64,000 bases of DNA from Anthoceros angustus (Eukaryota > Plantae > Anthocerotophyta): assembly GCA_010909165.1 (NCBI GenBank), contig MU008181.1, positions 868,001 to 932,000 on the forward strand. The letters run 5' to 3'. Shown here in pieces: positions 21,701 through 34,868 of this stretch. Position numbers and translations under genes: made by a program. How positions within the stretch are numbered: position 1 is the first letter of the stretch; the number at the start of each line of letters is the position of its first letter. Under the pieces are notes generated by a model. That model was not told the origin of the DNA. It did not search any database and worked only from the letters and a program-made list of their open reading frames with translations.

Positions 21701-24700
21701 TCGGTCCAAAGCCATCGCAGCATGTGCGGCATCGTCGCTCCCTGCGCGGAATGCCATAAGCGCGCGTCTGGCGTCCTTTCCTCCGCCTTCCTCGGTGCTG
21801 CCCTGCAGGCGACCCAAGTCACGGTGGGCTGCGGTGCGATCGCATCTCCTCCTCATCCATCGCGAACCTCAAGTTGGTGCTATTCGCGTTCTCGCAACTC
21901 TTCCGCCGTCATGGATCGAAGGTCGGTCGTCCATATCCGCGAGAAGGCGGACCAGCCCGGCGGTGGAGGCCCTGCGTCGCGAAGAACCTCGGATGGTGGC
22001 GGTCGAACATTTCCAGCCGTCCATGCCTTGCACCATCGGATGCGAGCCCTTCGCCGAGTTCGTACTGCGCCGTCTCCACAAGATGTTGCAGCCTTGCAAG
22101 AGCAGCCGCACCCGCATCGGTTTCGCAGTCCGCCATTGCCGCCTTCTCCTGCAACTGACCCAAAATTTCGAAGAAAAGAATCTCCTCTGGCGATGGCCTG
22201 CCGGATTCACCCCCGGCCGCACGCGCCTTCCCTTCCCCAACCTGCGGTGGTGTGTGCCGGAGCTCTTCCACAACTAAAAAGGTCCGTTGCCATGCCGTTA
22301 GCGAGCCTCTTCCGCTCGCCGCGAGGCGCTTCCATGAGCAGGCGTGCGCGGCCCGTCCGCGCCGCCCGGGACTTCTGCGCCCGCCTCGTGCGGCGGGCCC
22401 TACCGCAGCTGGCGCGCTTGTTGGCCTAGGGGAGAGGAAATTGTGCCTCCTCCCCACATGTCCCGAGGGTCGAGGCAGGTGGGATGCAGGCGGGTGCCTC
22501 CAAGGTCAGGGGATGCCGGACAGTCGACGGCGTTGTTGAACTCTCCCTCCAGAGCGCGACCACGACCACCGCCTGCCAGCGCCCCGCTCTCCATCCCATC
22601 GCTGGTGACATCCACTTCTTCCTCCTCCGGCACCCAATCGTAAACCTCCGAAGGGCGGACGCCCGCTCGCTCCCTGTACCTCCGCAGCTGCAGAGGTGTA
22701 AATTGCCTGTTCACGTCCCAGATGTACAGCATTTGCATCGGCTGTCGGCTCTGTGTGTGTTGTCTTTAGAAATTGGGCGAGAATGTCGCCGATACACGGA
22801 CTTGTGTGTCGCGGCCGGCGGCATCACGGACCAGCGGCCGGACCAGGCGCGGCTGTCGAATAGAGCCTCGCACCCCTCAACAATGGGCCACCCCACGGCG
22901 TTGTTGAACTCTCCTCCGAGCCACGACCACCGCGCCAACGCCCGCTCTCCATCCCATCCCCGGGTGACATCCACTTCTTCCTCCTCCGCACCCAATCGTA
23001 AACCTCCGGGCGGCGACGCCCGCCTCGCACTCCGCACCGCAGAGGTGTAAATTGCCTCGCTCACGCCCCGGATGTACAGATTTGCATCACCCAAGACTCG
23101 GACGTCGGCCGGGGAATTGGACAGAATGTCGCCGATACACGGACTTGTGTGCGGAGCTCTTCCACAACTAAAAGGTCCGTTGCCATGCCGTTAGCCTAGG
23201 GGAGAGGAAATTGTCGAATAGAGCCTCGCACCCCTCAACAATGGCGCACACCGTCCTCGGCAACGCTGCGCTGTCGCCCAGCATGCCGAGCACCGTAGCT
23301 CCACTGCGTGGTCGGCGGACACGAAGACAACACCGCCTTCTCCATCTCCCAAGTCGACCTTGGGCAAAGCCTTGTCCAGCGGTACTTGTACCCGCAACAG
23401 CTTTGTGAGCCAACGCCCGCCTCCGCCATCCCCGACGGTGCGCCCGCAGCTCTTTTGCTTCTTCCGCGGGCCTATACCCGGCAGGCCGTGATTCCGGAGC
23501 TGCATGAATGGGATTGTCCCAACGGCCGCCCGGAGGGAGGCGGCCTCTGGCTCACCTGCGCGCGCCGTCTCCATCCTCCCACCAGTCTGGCGGGCAGCGG
23601 ATTCCGTAGATGATCCGCCCACCCATTCTCCGGCATATGTGGATGGGCCACCTGGGACGCCCACGTTGAACCTCCGAGCAGATCCGACGATGGCAGCTTG
23701 GGCGGCGGCGATGGCGGTGCGCGCCGATATTGGCATCGCGCGCCGTGAAGAGTGCGCCCGCCTCCGGGCGCAATTGCGCCCGGCTCGGCGCGAGCGGCGG
23801 CGATGGCGGCGTCGGTAAAAGGCCGCATCCGTGAGGGGCGGGCGGATCGGATGACCTTACATGGGGCATATTCTTGGCGATCATTCTGCGTCTTCTGCCC
23901 GCGTCAGAAAGAATTGTGTGCCCACAATTTCTTCCTCTGCTGCCCGTTGGTTGAAGGTGCAATGCTCACGTTGTCTTCCGAAAGACGCCATGGTGCTGTG
24001 GAAGACCCGCGCTCTTTGCTTCTTCCTCCTCCGGCGATGGCGGGCGCCTCGATGTGTGGGACGCAGACGCGCTTGTGGAAGGAGATCGATGGCGGTGATG
24101 CACGCAAGCATTGCGTGGCGTTGAAGTGAGTGGGTCGCAGCCAAGCTGAAATCATTGTCCATATTCTCCGTGGCCCGCCATACGACATAATCTTTGACGC
24201 GGCGGCCTCGCTCACTGCGCGCCGTCTCCATCCTCCCACCATCGGCGGGCGGATTGCGTAGATGATCCGCCCACCCATTCTCCGCCATATGTGGATGGGC
24301 CACAGGGCGACCACGTTGAACCTCGGCGGTCCGGCGATGGCGGCTTGGGCGTAGCGGGGCTCGCAGCCGATATTGGCATCGCGCCGTGAAGAGTGCGCCC
24401 GCCTCCGCCATCCCGCCCGCCTCCGAGCGCGACCACGTTGAACCTCCGGCGATGGCGGGCGGATCGATGGCGGTGCGCCGCCTCGCATCCGTGAGGCGAG
24501 GGCGGATCGAGATGACCTTACATGGGGCATATTCTTGGCGATCATGGTTCCTTCCCACCGCGTGGTGTGTGCCCACAATTTCTTCTCGTCGCTGCCGGTT
24601 GAGAGGTGCTGCTCACGTTGTCTTCCGAAAGACGCCATGGTGCTGTGTGGAAGACCCGCTGCGCCGCCTCCGCCATATTCTATGCACCATCGGCGGGCGC

Positions 24701-25900
24701 CTCGATGTGTGGGGCGCAGCGCTTGTGGAAGCGGATCGATGGCGGTGATGCACGCAAGCATTGCGCCCGTTGAAGTGAGTGGGTCGCAGCCAAGGAAAAG
24801 CAATCATTCGATATTCCTGCGTGGCCCGACATAATCTTTGACGCGCGGCATGTGTACATTGATTATGGGATGTGGCCGTGCGGTTGCGGTAAGTTTTGGC
24901 TCACGATATGCGTGCTTGCGCATTGCGGCTATGTGGCTGCAAACTCTCCACACGTTGCAACGCGCCCCATCTTGCAGCGATGCATCTGCGGCCAAGCCAC
25001 TCAACACCCTCATCGCGTTGCCGCATCCTTCCTCTCCGCTTTGGTTCGAGGACATGACATAGTGGATCGCCGGCGTTTGACTTTCCGGCCGCCAAACATG
25101 CCACCGTGGTCCGGCGATCATGGTTCCTTCCGTCACACTTGCGAAGATGCTGTACACAGATGTGTCCCAATAACATATTGGGTCCGATATGTTCCGGAAT
25201 AAACTATTGGGTGGGAAAGTGCAAATGATGCGCTATCACTGCGCCGCCTCCGAGCATTGGTGTCCGGACCGCACACGAATTTTTTGACGTTGTGGAAACA
25301 ATTCATTGTGCCCTTGCTTATTCAAATGCAATTGGCATCCGATGTCCATGGCTGCGTTGCGAGGAGGTCGACAACCGTGGTGGGAGGTTGTTTTGGAGGC
25401 GAGAAAGGCATTGCCGGTGTGCCGTGCGCCCTTGCACAACCATCCGGGACATCCTACCGCCATCATGCCTTTTAGGCATCCGCCATATTCTATGCACCAT
25501 CGGCTATGCATTAATATCCCCTTCCGTAGTCCGCGCCATATTCTGCGATCAGCTCATGAAGTCCATCCCATATTGCTTGCCATAAAATCCGTGACCATGG
25601 CCCATATTGGCGCCAACGCGACCATCGCACTTCACATTTTCGATGGCATGGTTGCCTTGGCCTTCCGCCTCATGGAGATTTGTCTGGTCACTCCCACATC
25701 CTCCCATCCCCGTCCTCCCGCCCTTACGGCCCGCTCCACGGACGGTAGTCTCGAGAGCCCGCGCCATCCACGGAGGCAGGGGCTGCCCGCGGCCGGCCCG
25801 CCGCCCCACCCCGGCCGGCCCCACCACCCCCAACCGCCGCCCCACCCCAACCAGCCCCAACCCGCCCCAACCCACAGCGCACCCCACCCAACAAACCAAA
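18750..25900 (-). pseudogene. Frameshifted, internally duplicated coding-like block in the centre of the giant element (unknown product or products)
   Basis: Protein-like minus-strand segments: SRILWQAIWDGLHELIAEYGADYGRG, RVKDYVVWRATENMDNDF, GRIIYGIRCPPDWWEDG, TVCAIVEGCEALFD, EEILFFEILGQLQEKAAMADCE, VFERNVRGATHYHIAHECIRP, HKEWKDAGTERTLKRAFKTDMLTTHP, LPPMSKLVMATRVIEAIRMNSVYG. Several recur in 370-660-bp duplicated units. Confidence 0.5.
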
Positions 25901-26439
25901 AGCCGAAATCACCACGACCAACAATGCCTAAAATGCGAATACCTACAATGTACCGCCTGCAAAATGCCTAAACGGCTAAATTTGATACAATGCCTTACAT
26001 TGGTGAAATGCATAACATGCGAAAAGGCAATTGCAGTTGAATGTGCAATTGGACGAGGTTGAATGTGCAATGGACGGCGACACGCCATATAACACAATGC
26101 ACTTGCGGTTCTATAGCGAGGATAGCGTTGCGGGGCTTGCCTCCCTGACTCCCCTCGAATGACAATGATGTGAAGGAGGTGCATATTCGTATATGAACAC
26201 ATGAACAATGGTCCTTGCCAAGACCAAGGAAGCAATGCATTTGACCAGGCCGATCAAGTTGGTTGCCTAACGCACTAGATCCCAAAGGTCACAAGAGAGA
26301 AAGAAGACAAGGTGAAGGGCAAGTATGGATGCCTTCCATGCGGACAAACTTCTACAATCGAATGAATGGGTAGGGGGCCACATATATAGACATATGTGCT
26401 GTCAAGACCAAGGAAACAGGTTGAATCACGTGGCACCTC

Positions 26440-28450
26440 TCACCTGCTGGTAGGCACTATAGGTCTATTTAAAAACGTACTTGTCCTTGGCCTTCGAACA
26501 AATGATACGTATGCAGTAAACAACGTACTCGCCCTTTTCATTGGGTTATGTTGTTTCTGTATTCTGTATAAATATATTCGCAACACTACATATGTGTCAT
26601 GGTACGATGCCCCACATGCATCACGATGCACATGGATTCATTGTGGCATGACACAGCATCTACCTAGGCATGTTCACATACACCACCTGCCAACCATACA
26701 TCATGCGTACAGACCATGTGCATGCCATACATTGAATGCACAGGCCACATCACATGCACCTTGACCAAAGGACATGGCATATGGCAAGTGGTATGACAAC
26801 ATGTTAAGTCAAGACCAAGGAACACGTCCGCAAGGGTTGGACCGAGGCTCCCAGGAAAATGCGGATCCCAAAGACATAGAGAGAAAGAAGAGACCTTGTC
26901 GCCCTGAACCTCTGGCAAGTATGGATCGTTCCATGCGGACAAACTTACAATGGAATAATGAATGGGTAGGAAGCCACATATATAGACATGTTTCGGTAGC
27001 GTGGGTAGAAGACCAAAGGTTGAATCACGTGCCACCTCACACCGACGTGGACACTTTGGGTTTATTTATTATCATACTTGTCCTTGGCCTTGAACAAATG
27101 ATATGTATGCACTTACGCGTGCTTTTCCTTGGGTTATGGTGTTTAGGTTTTTCTATGTAGATGACCTATATATGTGTCATAGTACCGCTAACATGCTTCC
27201 GATGCAGATAGATGGATTGCGCCGACATCTAGGTAGACATGTTCACGTGCATCATGGAACCATGCATCATGCATACATACCATGCATGCCATGTGACCTT
27301 TTCCTTGGGTTATGGTGTTTAGGTTTTTCTATGTAGATCGATGACCTATATATGTGTGTACCATACATCATGCATAGATGGATTGCGCTATGAGGTGCAG
27401 ACATGTTCACGTGCATCACATGCAACCATGCATCATGCATACATACCATGTGCATGCCATGTGTACCTTTTCCTTGGGTTATGGTGTTTAGGTTTTTCTA
27501 TGTAGATCGATGACCTATATATGTGTCATACCGAACATGCTTCACGATGCGGATAGATGGATTGCGGCTGACACATCTAGAGACATGTTCACGTGCATCA
27601 CATGCAACCATGCATGATGCATACATACCATGTGCATGCCATGTGCACCTTTTCCTTGGGTTATGGTGTTTAGGTTTTTCTATGTAGATCGATGACCTAT
27701 ATATGTGTGTACCATACATATCACGATGCGGATAGATGGATTGCGTGACCGGAAATGAATAGACATGTGCATCACATGAACCATGCATGATGCATACATA
27801 CTGTGCATGCCATGTGTGCCTTTTCCTTGGGTTATGGTGTTTAGGCATGTAGATCGATGACCTATATATGTGTCATAGTACCGTGCGAACATGCTCACGA
27901 TGCGGATAGATGGATTGCGTGACACAAAGATGTAGGTAGACATGTTCCGTGCATCATGGGAACCATGCATGATGCATACATGCATGCCATGTGGGGTTAT
28001 GGTGTTTAGGCATGTAGATCGATGACCTATATGTGTCATAGTACCGCGTCAACATGCTCACGATGCAGATAGATGGATAGCGGGCATGAGTGAACATGTT
28101 CACGTGCATCACATGGGAACCATGCATGATGCGCATACCGTGCATGCCATGTGCCTTTTCCTTGGGTTATGGTGTTTAGGCATGTAGATCGATGACCTAT
28201 ATATGTGTCATAGTACCATGCATCACGATGCACAAAGATGGATTGCGCCATGACACGGCATCTAGGTGAACATGCTCACGATGCACATGGGAACCATGCA
28301 TGATGCATACACCATGTGCATGCCATGTGTGCCTTTTCCTTGGTTATGGTGTTTAGGCATGTTCACGTGCATCATGCAAAGTGCAGCGGCGCTACTTCAC
28401 GATGCACAAAGATGGATTGCGCCATGACACGGCATCTAGGTGAACATGTT
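26440..28450 (+). repeat. Right block of ~165-182-bp CATG-rich satellite, about 8 clear tandem copies plus degenerate copies
   Basis: TTTTCCTTGGGTTATGGTGTTTAGG anchors at ~27123, 27299, 27468, 27650, 27821, 27991 (partial), 28156 and 28334. Confidence 0.93.
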
Positions 28451-28769
28451 CACGGCGGTGCGAGTTGGTGTGCGAGGTGCCCACGCGTGGTCTGCCGGCG
28501 GTCAACCGTCGAGAGCGGAAGGGACGGTTGCCGGTGGGCTGGAAGGAAAGTGCATTGCACGTGCAAGGAAGGCGCGGTGGTGGCGATAGGTGCAAGGTGG
28601 GCAACGCGCCACGTGGAGGAGGATGAGGAACCCAAGATCGGCGGTGAGCGGAGGCGGCGGCCCGGTGGCGTGATGGTGCGGAGCGAGGCGGTTGCGCTTG
28701 AAGAGTGCCGCCGTGAAGGCACAAAATTGTAATGGTGGTTGCGGTTGGGAATGGCGTGATGGTGCGGAC

Positions 28770-30430
28770 GCGCATGTTTGCGGTCTGGCGAGCACGGCCA
28801 TGTGCGGAGGGGCGGCGGCGGCGGAGGAATGGGAGATGCAAAGCTCGCGGTACATTCTGCGTGGCCTATGGTTCCCATCAACTAATTGTAGAGTTCTTGC
28901 ATTTGTGGAGGACCATCAAAGCGTTATGCGCATAGAGGGCTATCGAGAAACTTGCCGTCTGTCGACTGCCGGAGGGGCGGATGGATGGAGTGGCGGTGGA
29001 CAAATTATCGCGAGAGCATACTGGTGAGTGCCACATTTTCATGCACCAAGTGTTCGGTTGGCGTCGGATGGAAGGTGGTGGAAGGAGGTGCGGCATGGAA
29101 GAGGTACCGGAAAGGAGAGGTGCCGTAAACTGGACGACCTCGGGTTTGGTTTTCCCATGTGCACGCATCGAGTGCCGCGACCATGTGAGAGGTGGCCATG
29201 AGGTATTATGAATTGGTTGATTTAAATGCGGTATGGAATGGAATGGAATGAGAGCGAGGCGTTGTTCGGGATATCAACCGCGACGGAGAACCATGTTATG
29301 GCGGTGGCGGGGATGCGAGTGAGGCGGTGGAAGCGAACCATGTGCGGAGGGGCGCGGGAAGGGCCGCATGAGGAATGGGAGATGCAAAGCTCGCGAGTAC
29401 ATTCTCGTGGCCTATGGTTCCCATCAACTACTGGAGTCTGTCGAGTTCTTGTCATTTGTGGAGGACCATCAAAGCGTTCTACAGAGGGCTACCGAGAAAC
29501 TTGCCGCCCAGACGACTGCACCGGCGAGGGACGGACCGGATGGAGTGACGGTGGACAAATTACTGCGAGAGCGCTTACCGACTGGTGGAGTGCCACATTT
29601 TCATGCACCAAGTGTTCGACAGTTGGCCGCCGTCGGAATGGAAGAGGTACCGGAAAGGAGAGCTGCCAGAAACTGTGGACGACCTTAGGATTTGGTTTTC
29701 CCAGGTGCACGCATCGAGTGCCACTGACCTTGTGGAGAGGTGGCCTATGAGGTATTATGAATTGGTCGATTTCGTGCGGTATGGAATGGAATGGAATGAG
29801 AAGGCGAGGCGTTGTTCGGGATATCAACCGCGACGGAGAACCATGTTATGGCGGTGGCGGGGATGCGAGTGAGGCGGTGGAAGCGAACCATGTGCGGAGG
29901 GGCGCAAGGGCCGTGAGGAATGGGAGATGCAAAGCTCGCGAGTACATTCTCGTGGCCTATGGTTCCCATCAACTACTGGAGTCTGTCGAGTTCTTGTCAT
30001 TTGTGGAGGACCATCAAAGCGTTCTACAGAGGGCTACCGAGAAACTTGCCGCCCAGACGACTGCACCGGCGAGGGACGGACCGGATGGAGTGGCGGTGGA
30101 CAAATTACTGCGAGAGAGCATACCGATTGGTGGAGTGCCACATTTTCATGCACCAAGTGTTCGACAGTTGGCCGCCGTCGGCATGGAAGAGGTACCGAAA
30201 AGGAGAGGTGCCAGAAACTGTGGACGACCTCAGGGTTTGGTTTTCCCATGTGCACGCATCGAGTGCCACTGACCATGTTGAGAGGTGGCCTATGAGGTAT
30301 TATGAATTGGTTGATTTCGTGCGGTATGGAGAAATGGAATGGAATGAGAAGACGAGAGCGTTGTTCCAGGATATCAACCGCGACGGAGAACCATGTTATG
30401 GCGGCGGTGGATGCGAGCGTGGCGAAGCGT
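28770..30430 (+). repeat. Triplicated ~545-bp coding-like module
   Basis: Anchor GAATGGGAGATGCAAAGCTCGCG at ~28827, 29373 and 29918. The third copy has a 170-aa open frame (29920-30432). Confidence 0.92.
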
Positions 30431-33400
30431 AACCATGCCGCCGTGAAGGCACAAAATTGTAATGTGGTTGCGGTTGGGAATGGCGTGATGGTGCGGGCGG
30501 AGGCGGCGTAATGGCGGCGGCGGAAGGTGCCTCGGTGGGCGGCGGCGGTGCGTGGTGCAGGTGCTAAGTTGCGGATCGTTATGCGTGTGCGGCGTGCGTG
30601 ATCGCACATTCAATGTTTGCTGAAAATTCACGGTGCGAAAGCGGGCACGGTGGCACGCATGGCATCGCAATTGCACACGCCGGGCGGAAGGTGCGGTGAC
30701 GCCGCCCTATGGCGCCACGTGCGGCGGCGGAATGTGCGAATGAAAGGCGGCGTAAGGCGGCTCGTGGGGATCTCACGATCCGTCGCGTGCAAGTGGACAT
30801 ATGATTCGTGCACATTGATACGCCATGATGGTGCGTTGAAGCGGAGGCGATGGAGGAGGTGCGGCGGCGGCGGAAGGAGCGTCGCGGAAGGGCGGGCGGG
30901 GCGCGGAGGAGGAGGTGGGGGCGCCATGGACAACCCAGATCGGCGGAAGGTGGTGTGGCCTGGCGCGTGGCGGGGATCAGCATGGCGCACCACCTTGGGA
31001 GGCGTTGACGTCGATATCGTGGAGGTGCACCAAGTGGCGGCAGAGGTGGTCGGCCGTGGCGATCGCATCTGCGTCGAGGCATGAATTCTCAAACCTCGCT
31101 ATTGATTGCGGTGGATTGCACCACGGCGTTCTCCATTGCCCACGGCCATGCTTGAGGCGGCGAAGGAGGCGTCTGACTCGCCGCCCACGACGCGGCGGCA
31201 CGGCCTCGGCGAAATGTGCAATGTGGCATCGTGCGAAATGTGGCATCCGTGCGAAATGTAAGCATTCGCGTCGGCGTCCTGTGGGGCCTCACAAGTCTTG
31301 TGTGTGCGGTGAGTATGATCCATTCGAGTTTGGCCCGGCCGAGGCGTGGGCGATGGGCAGCGTCGTCCTGCGCGGCGATGCAGGCGGCGAGGTGGAGGTG
31401 CGGGCGGCGGCGGAAGGTGGTGGAAGGGGCGGCGGCGGCGGCGGCGGCGGCGTCTGGTGAGGCGCGGAGGTTCGGTGGCGATTTGGTCATCGGCGGCGGT
31501 GGCGATTTGGTCATCGGCGGCGGCGGAGGCGGAACGCCGTCCGAAGGCGGCGAAGGAGGCGGCGGCACATGCGCGGCGGCGGTGGCGCGGAGGAGGCCGT
31601 GAAGCGGCGGTGGCTCGCGGAAGCTCGGGCGGCGGTGGGCGGGGAGTGGGAGAGCCCGGCAAATCCACTCCGACTCGCATGTGAGGCGTACATGCGGGAG
31701 GAGAAATGTGACGATCTTGGTCGGGAAATGGGTACTCATGGTATTGGAGGTTCAGCGTTGTCCGTGCACAAAGATTTCATTTTCTGTGGAAGGGGCAGTT
31801 GTGGCATGGAGGTGGGTTGGAGGTGGGTGAAGGTGCCTCGGTGGGTGCATCATGCGCATGGGCACGGAATCTTTGGAAACGCAAGGCGGCATGGCACGTT
31901 GGTGCCGTTGTGGATGCAATTGCGAAGAGGAGTTGCAATCTGCGTGCACGACCATCGAGATAGGAGCGCCCGTGACCATGCTCGTGAGAAGTCAATGGAG
32001 GCTTACGTGTGGGAGTTTTAGTCACGAGAGAAGGGCGCCTTTTTCGCAATCACCGTCGTTCGAAAGTGGAGGAAGCGGTTGGATGGCACCCTATGGTCGC
32101 AGTGGAGGGAATGATAGCGATGGATGTTGCAATCGAGAAGTGGAGTTGGAAGCTAGTGGTGAGGCGGTTGGGCGGAATGGGACGGCGTCACATGTGCGTG
32201 GACCGCCCGCGGCGATGGAACATGCGTGAGGCTCGTTTGCGGCGGTGGGGACATTGAGCATCCTCCCGAGTTGGATCAACACAATTTTTGTGGGCGGTCA
32301 TTGCCGTTCGTACAGACGGAGCATTTCATATGTTACTTGGACTTGAAGCGAGCGAAGAGGAGTATTCCAAACGGAAGCATGTGACACGATCATCGGCATG
32401 CCACACAATGGGGGTCGACGATACGCCCGATAGCTGGAAGATCCATGCCTTTTGTTGTGAGGGCCGTCGTGGAACCCTGCGCATTGAGGTAAGGCGGAGT
32501 TACATCGTTTGCGGGTTTGCGGCCAGCGGCAAAAGAAGGGAGAGGAGGCCGCCGACATTGTCGTGCTTTGTGAAATGGGCGACGAGCCGTGTATGCCGGC
32601 GAGCGGCCCATTGTAGATTGTTCAAGCGGGGTGTTTGGTGCGTCTGGTTTGGAAGTGTTCTGCAGTGCACTTGTTCGCACTTGAAACAATGAATGAAACG
32701 TGGAAGCGAAAGGAAACCGTGATAGCTGGGCGCTTCATACGAACTTCTGCAGGCGGTCTACATGCGGCGCGTCAGCGGTGTGCAACCCGCATAGCGCTTG
32801 CGCGGACCGTCCGTGGAACAAAATCGGAGTGGCAGCTAACGGCGAGCCGTCGAAACCCTTTGGCCGGACATGCCATTTCGGGCGAAAGTGTTAGGGAGGA
32901 TCGAAATCGGGCGGTGTGAGAGGTGCATTTGGGGTTTGAGCGGGAGGAAGGCGCATGGGCAAAAGCGCTCCATTTGGAGGAAGTAGGCGCGAGGTGGGTG
33001 TTGAGGCCACGACCCTTGCACCTTGGCCATCACGGGGCAAAACGTGAAGGGTGCCCATGGGCGGCGGTGGCGCGCGGCCTTGCAGGCGGAAGGAGAGAAG
33101 ATGGTGGGCAGCGCCCAGGGCATCGAGGACTTGGCGAAGCCCATCATCACGAGGACGGTGATCACTTGAGGCAATTCCGTGCGGCGGTGGGGATGAGGGC
33201 TGGAAGGTGGAGATGAAGGATGCATAGGAGGCGGGGTGCCGCTACACCATAAGCGTATGATTTGGCGGTGCGCACAGCGAGACCATTGAAAGGCCTACTG
33301 CGGGGCTGCGGCAGGCTGCAGTGGCGAGGCTCTGCACGCCCGGCACGGCATGGCGCGGGTGTATGGGAGGTTGTGGAGGAGGTGTGCAGCTGATTGCCAC

Positions 33401-34769
33401 GCACACACCCATCACCGCAGCGTGAATCTGGAATCTGATTAAATGCGGCTGGATGGAATCGAAATCCCAAGGAGGCGGGTCACGGCGCTGCGTTTGATGC
33501 GGCCGGAGCACATAACGCAGTCGGCGATCGCAGTCGATACACCAATCGACACCCATGTACATGTGGCATATGGATTGTAAGTGCGTGATAGGGGGGCTGC
33601 GATGTTCGCGGTTGCGTTGCATGGAAGAAGTGATTGCGGGAGTTGTGCAATCGGTGTGGTGCATGTTGCCTTGTCGCGACTTATGACAAGATGTACCAAT
33701 TCTACTTGAGTGCATGGGGCCATAGATGGGGCAACCCATTCGTCCACAGTTGGTCTTGGAGGATAACAAGCGGGGGCAGCGATTTTCAACGCCTATGTGG
33801 AAGCGGTGAGGAAGTTTGGGCATCGCGGATTCGGTCGGACTGTGAGCACAACCTAATAGGCGGATATGAACGGCGAGGCCAAGGGCACATGGAAGCAACT
33901 TCATCCGCGGCCCCTGTGCACAACCGTAAAAGTTAGGTGGTCTGCGTTTTCCTTATGCTGCAATGGCGTGGTGAAGTCGATGAATGCGGATTGTTGCGGA
34001 GGATTGAGCATTTGGCGGTCCTTGGGAGAGAAGTGGGCATTCCTCTACAAGGGTACATGATGGATATGGTGAGGAGCGGCTGGACATCACCAACCCACAG
34101 CACATCCATTCCTGCGTGACCTTCATGCCCACGATGAGGCGGAGCTCGGCGTTGGAGGCGGTATGGAATAGGCACGGGTGCGGAAGATCGAGCGGAGCGG
34201 GACATTCCGGCCATGTGCACGCTATCGCATTCAAGAAGAAGGTCGACTACAAGGGTGGGTGCACACCCGCATATGAGTGAGGAGGAGGGCGATGGCGAGG
34301 AGTTCGATGTGGTGGCCCTCGGTATGCACAAAACGTGGCCCCGAGATGCCACCACTCGGCGCATAAATTGCTTGGGGGTGAGCAAGCTGTTTGTCCATTT
34401 ATTTTATGCAGTTCTGACATTGTGGAGGGAGGAGGGCGATCGCCATATGTGCGAGCCGCGAGGCCCGATCGTATGGGCCCTTCTGCATGGGTTGTCGAGA
34501 AGCTGCAGATGGCGAGGACAATGCATATGCAAAGGGATTGCGGGACATGGACTTCCTCCGGACATGTATCGTGCACATGGCACTAACAACACTCTGCGAG
34601 TGCGGGGAGCACGAGGGGCGCATTGCCCGAATACCTCCACCCTGGGAGGCTGAAGCCACCCGTGGGCGTGGGCGGCCATCACCCTGCTGCGGTCTATGGT
34701 GCACGAGGTGTGAGGCGTGTGGCCCAGTTGCGGCCCTTGGAGTGAGCTAGGTGTGGGTGGAAAAAATTG

Positions 34770-34868
34770 ATTTGTCGCTCACCATGACACAGGGCGGTGA
34801 CATTTGTCGCTCACCATGACACAGGAGGCGGTGACATTTGTCGCTCACCATGACACAGGGCGGTGACA
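34770..34868. repeat. Subterminal 32-34-bp tandem repeat x3 (ATTTGTCGCTCACCATGACACAGGGCGGTGAC)
   Basis: Copies start at 34770, 34802 and 34836. Confidence 0.95.

Noticed and set aside
21435-22277. 280-aa plus-strand ORF
   Set aside because: It is Ser/Pro/Arg-rich and antisense to more protein-like minus-strand segments, so it is probably a shadow ORF.
34770-34868. 32-bp repeats as a CRISPR array
   Set aside because: No spacers and only three adjacent copies; better explained as subterminal transposon repeats.
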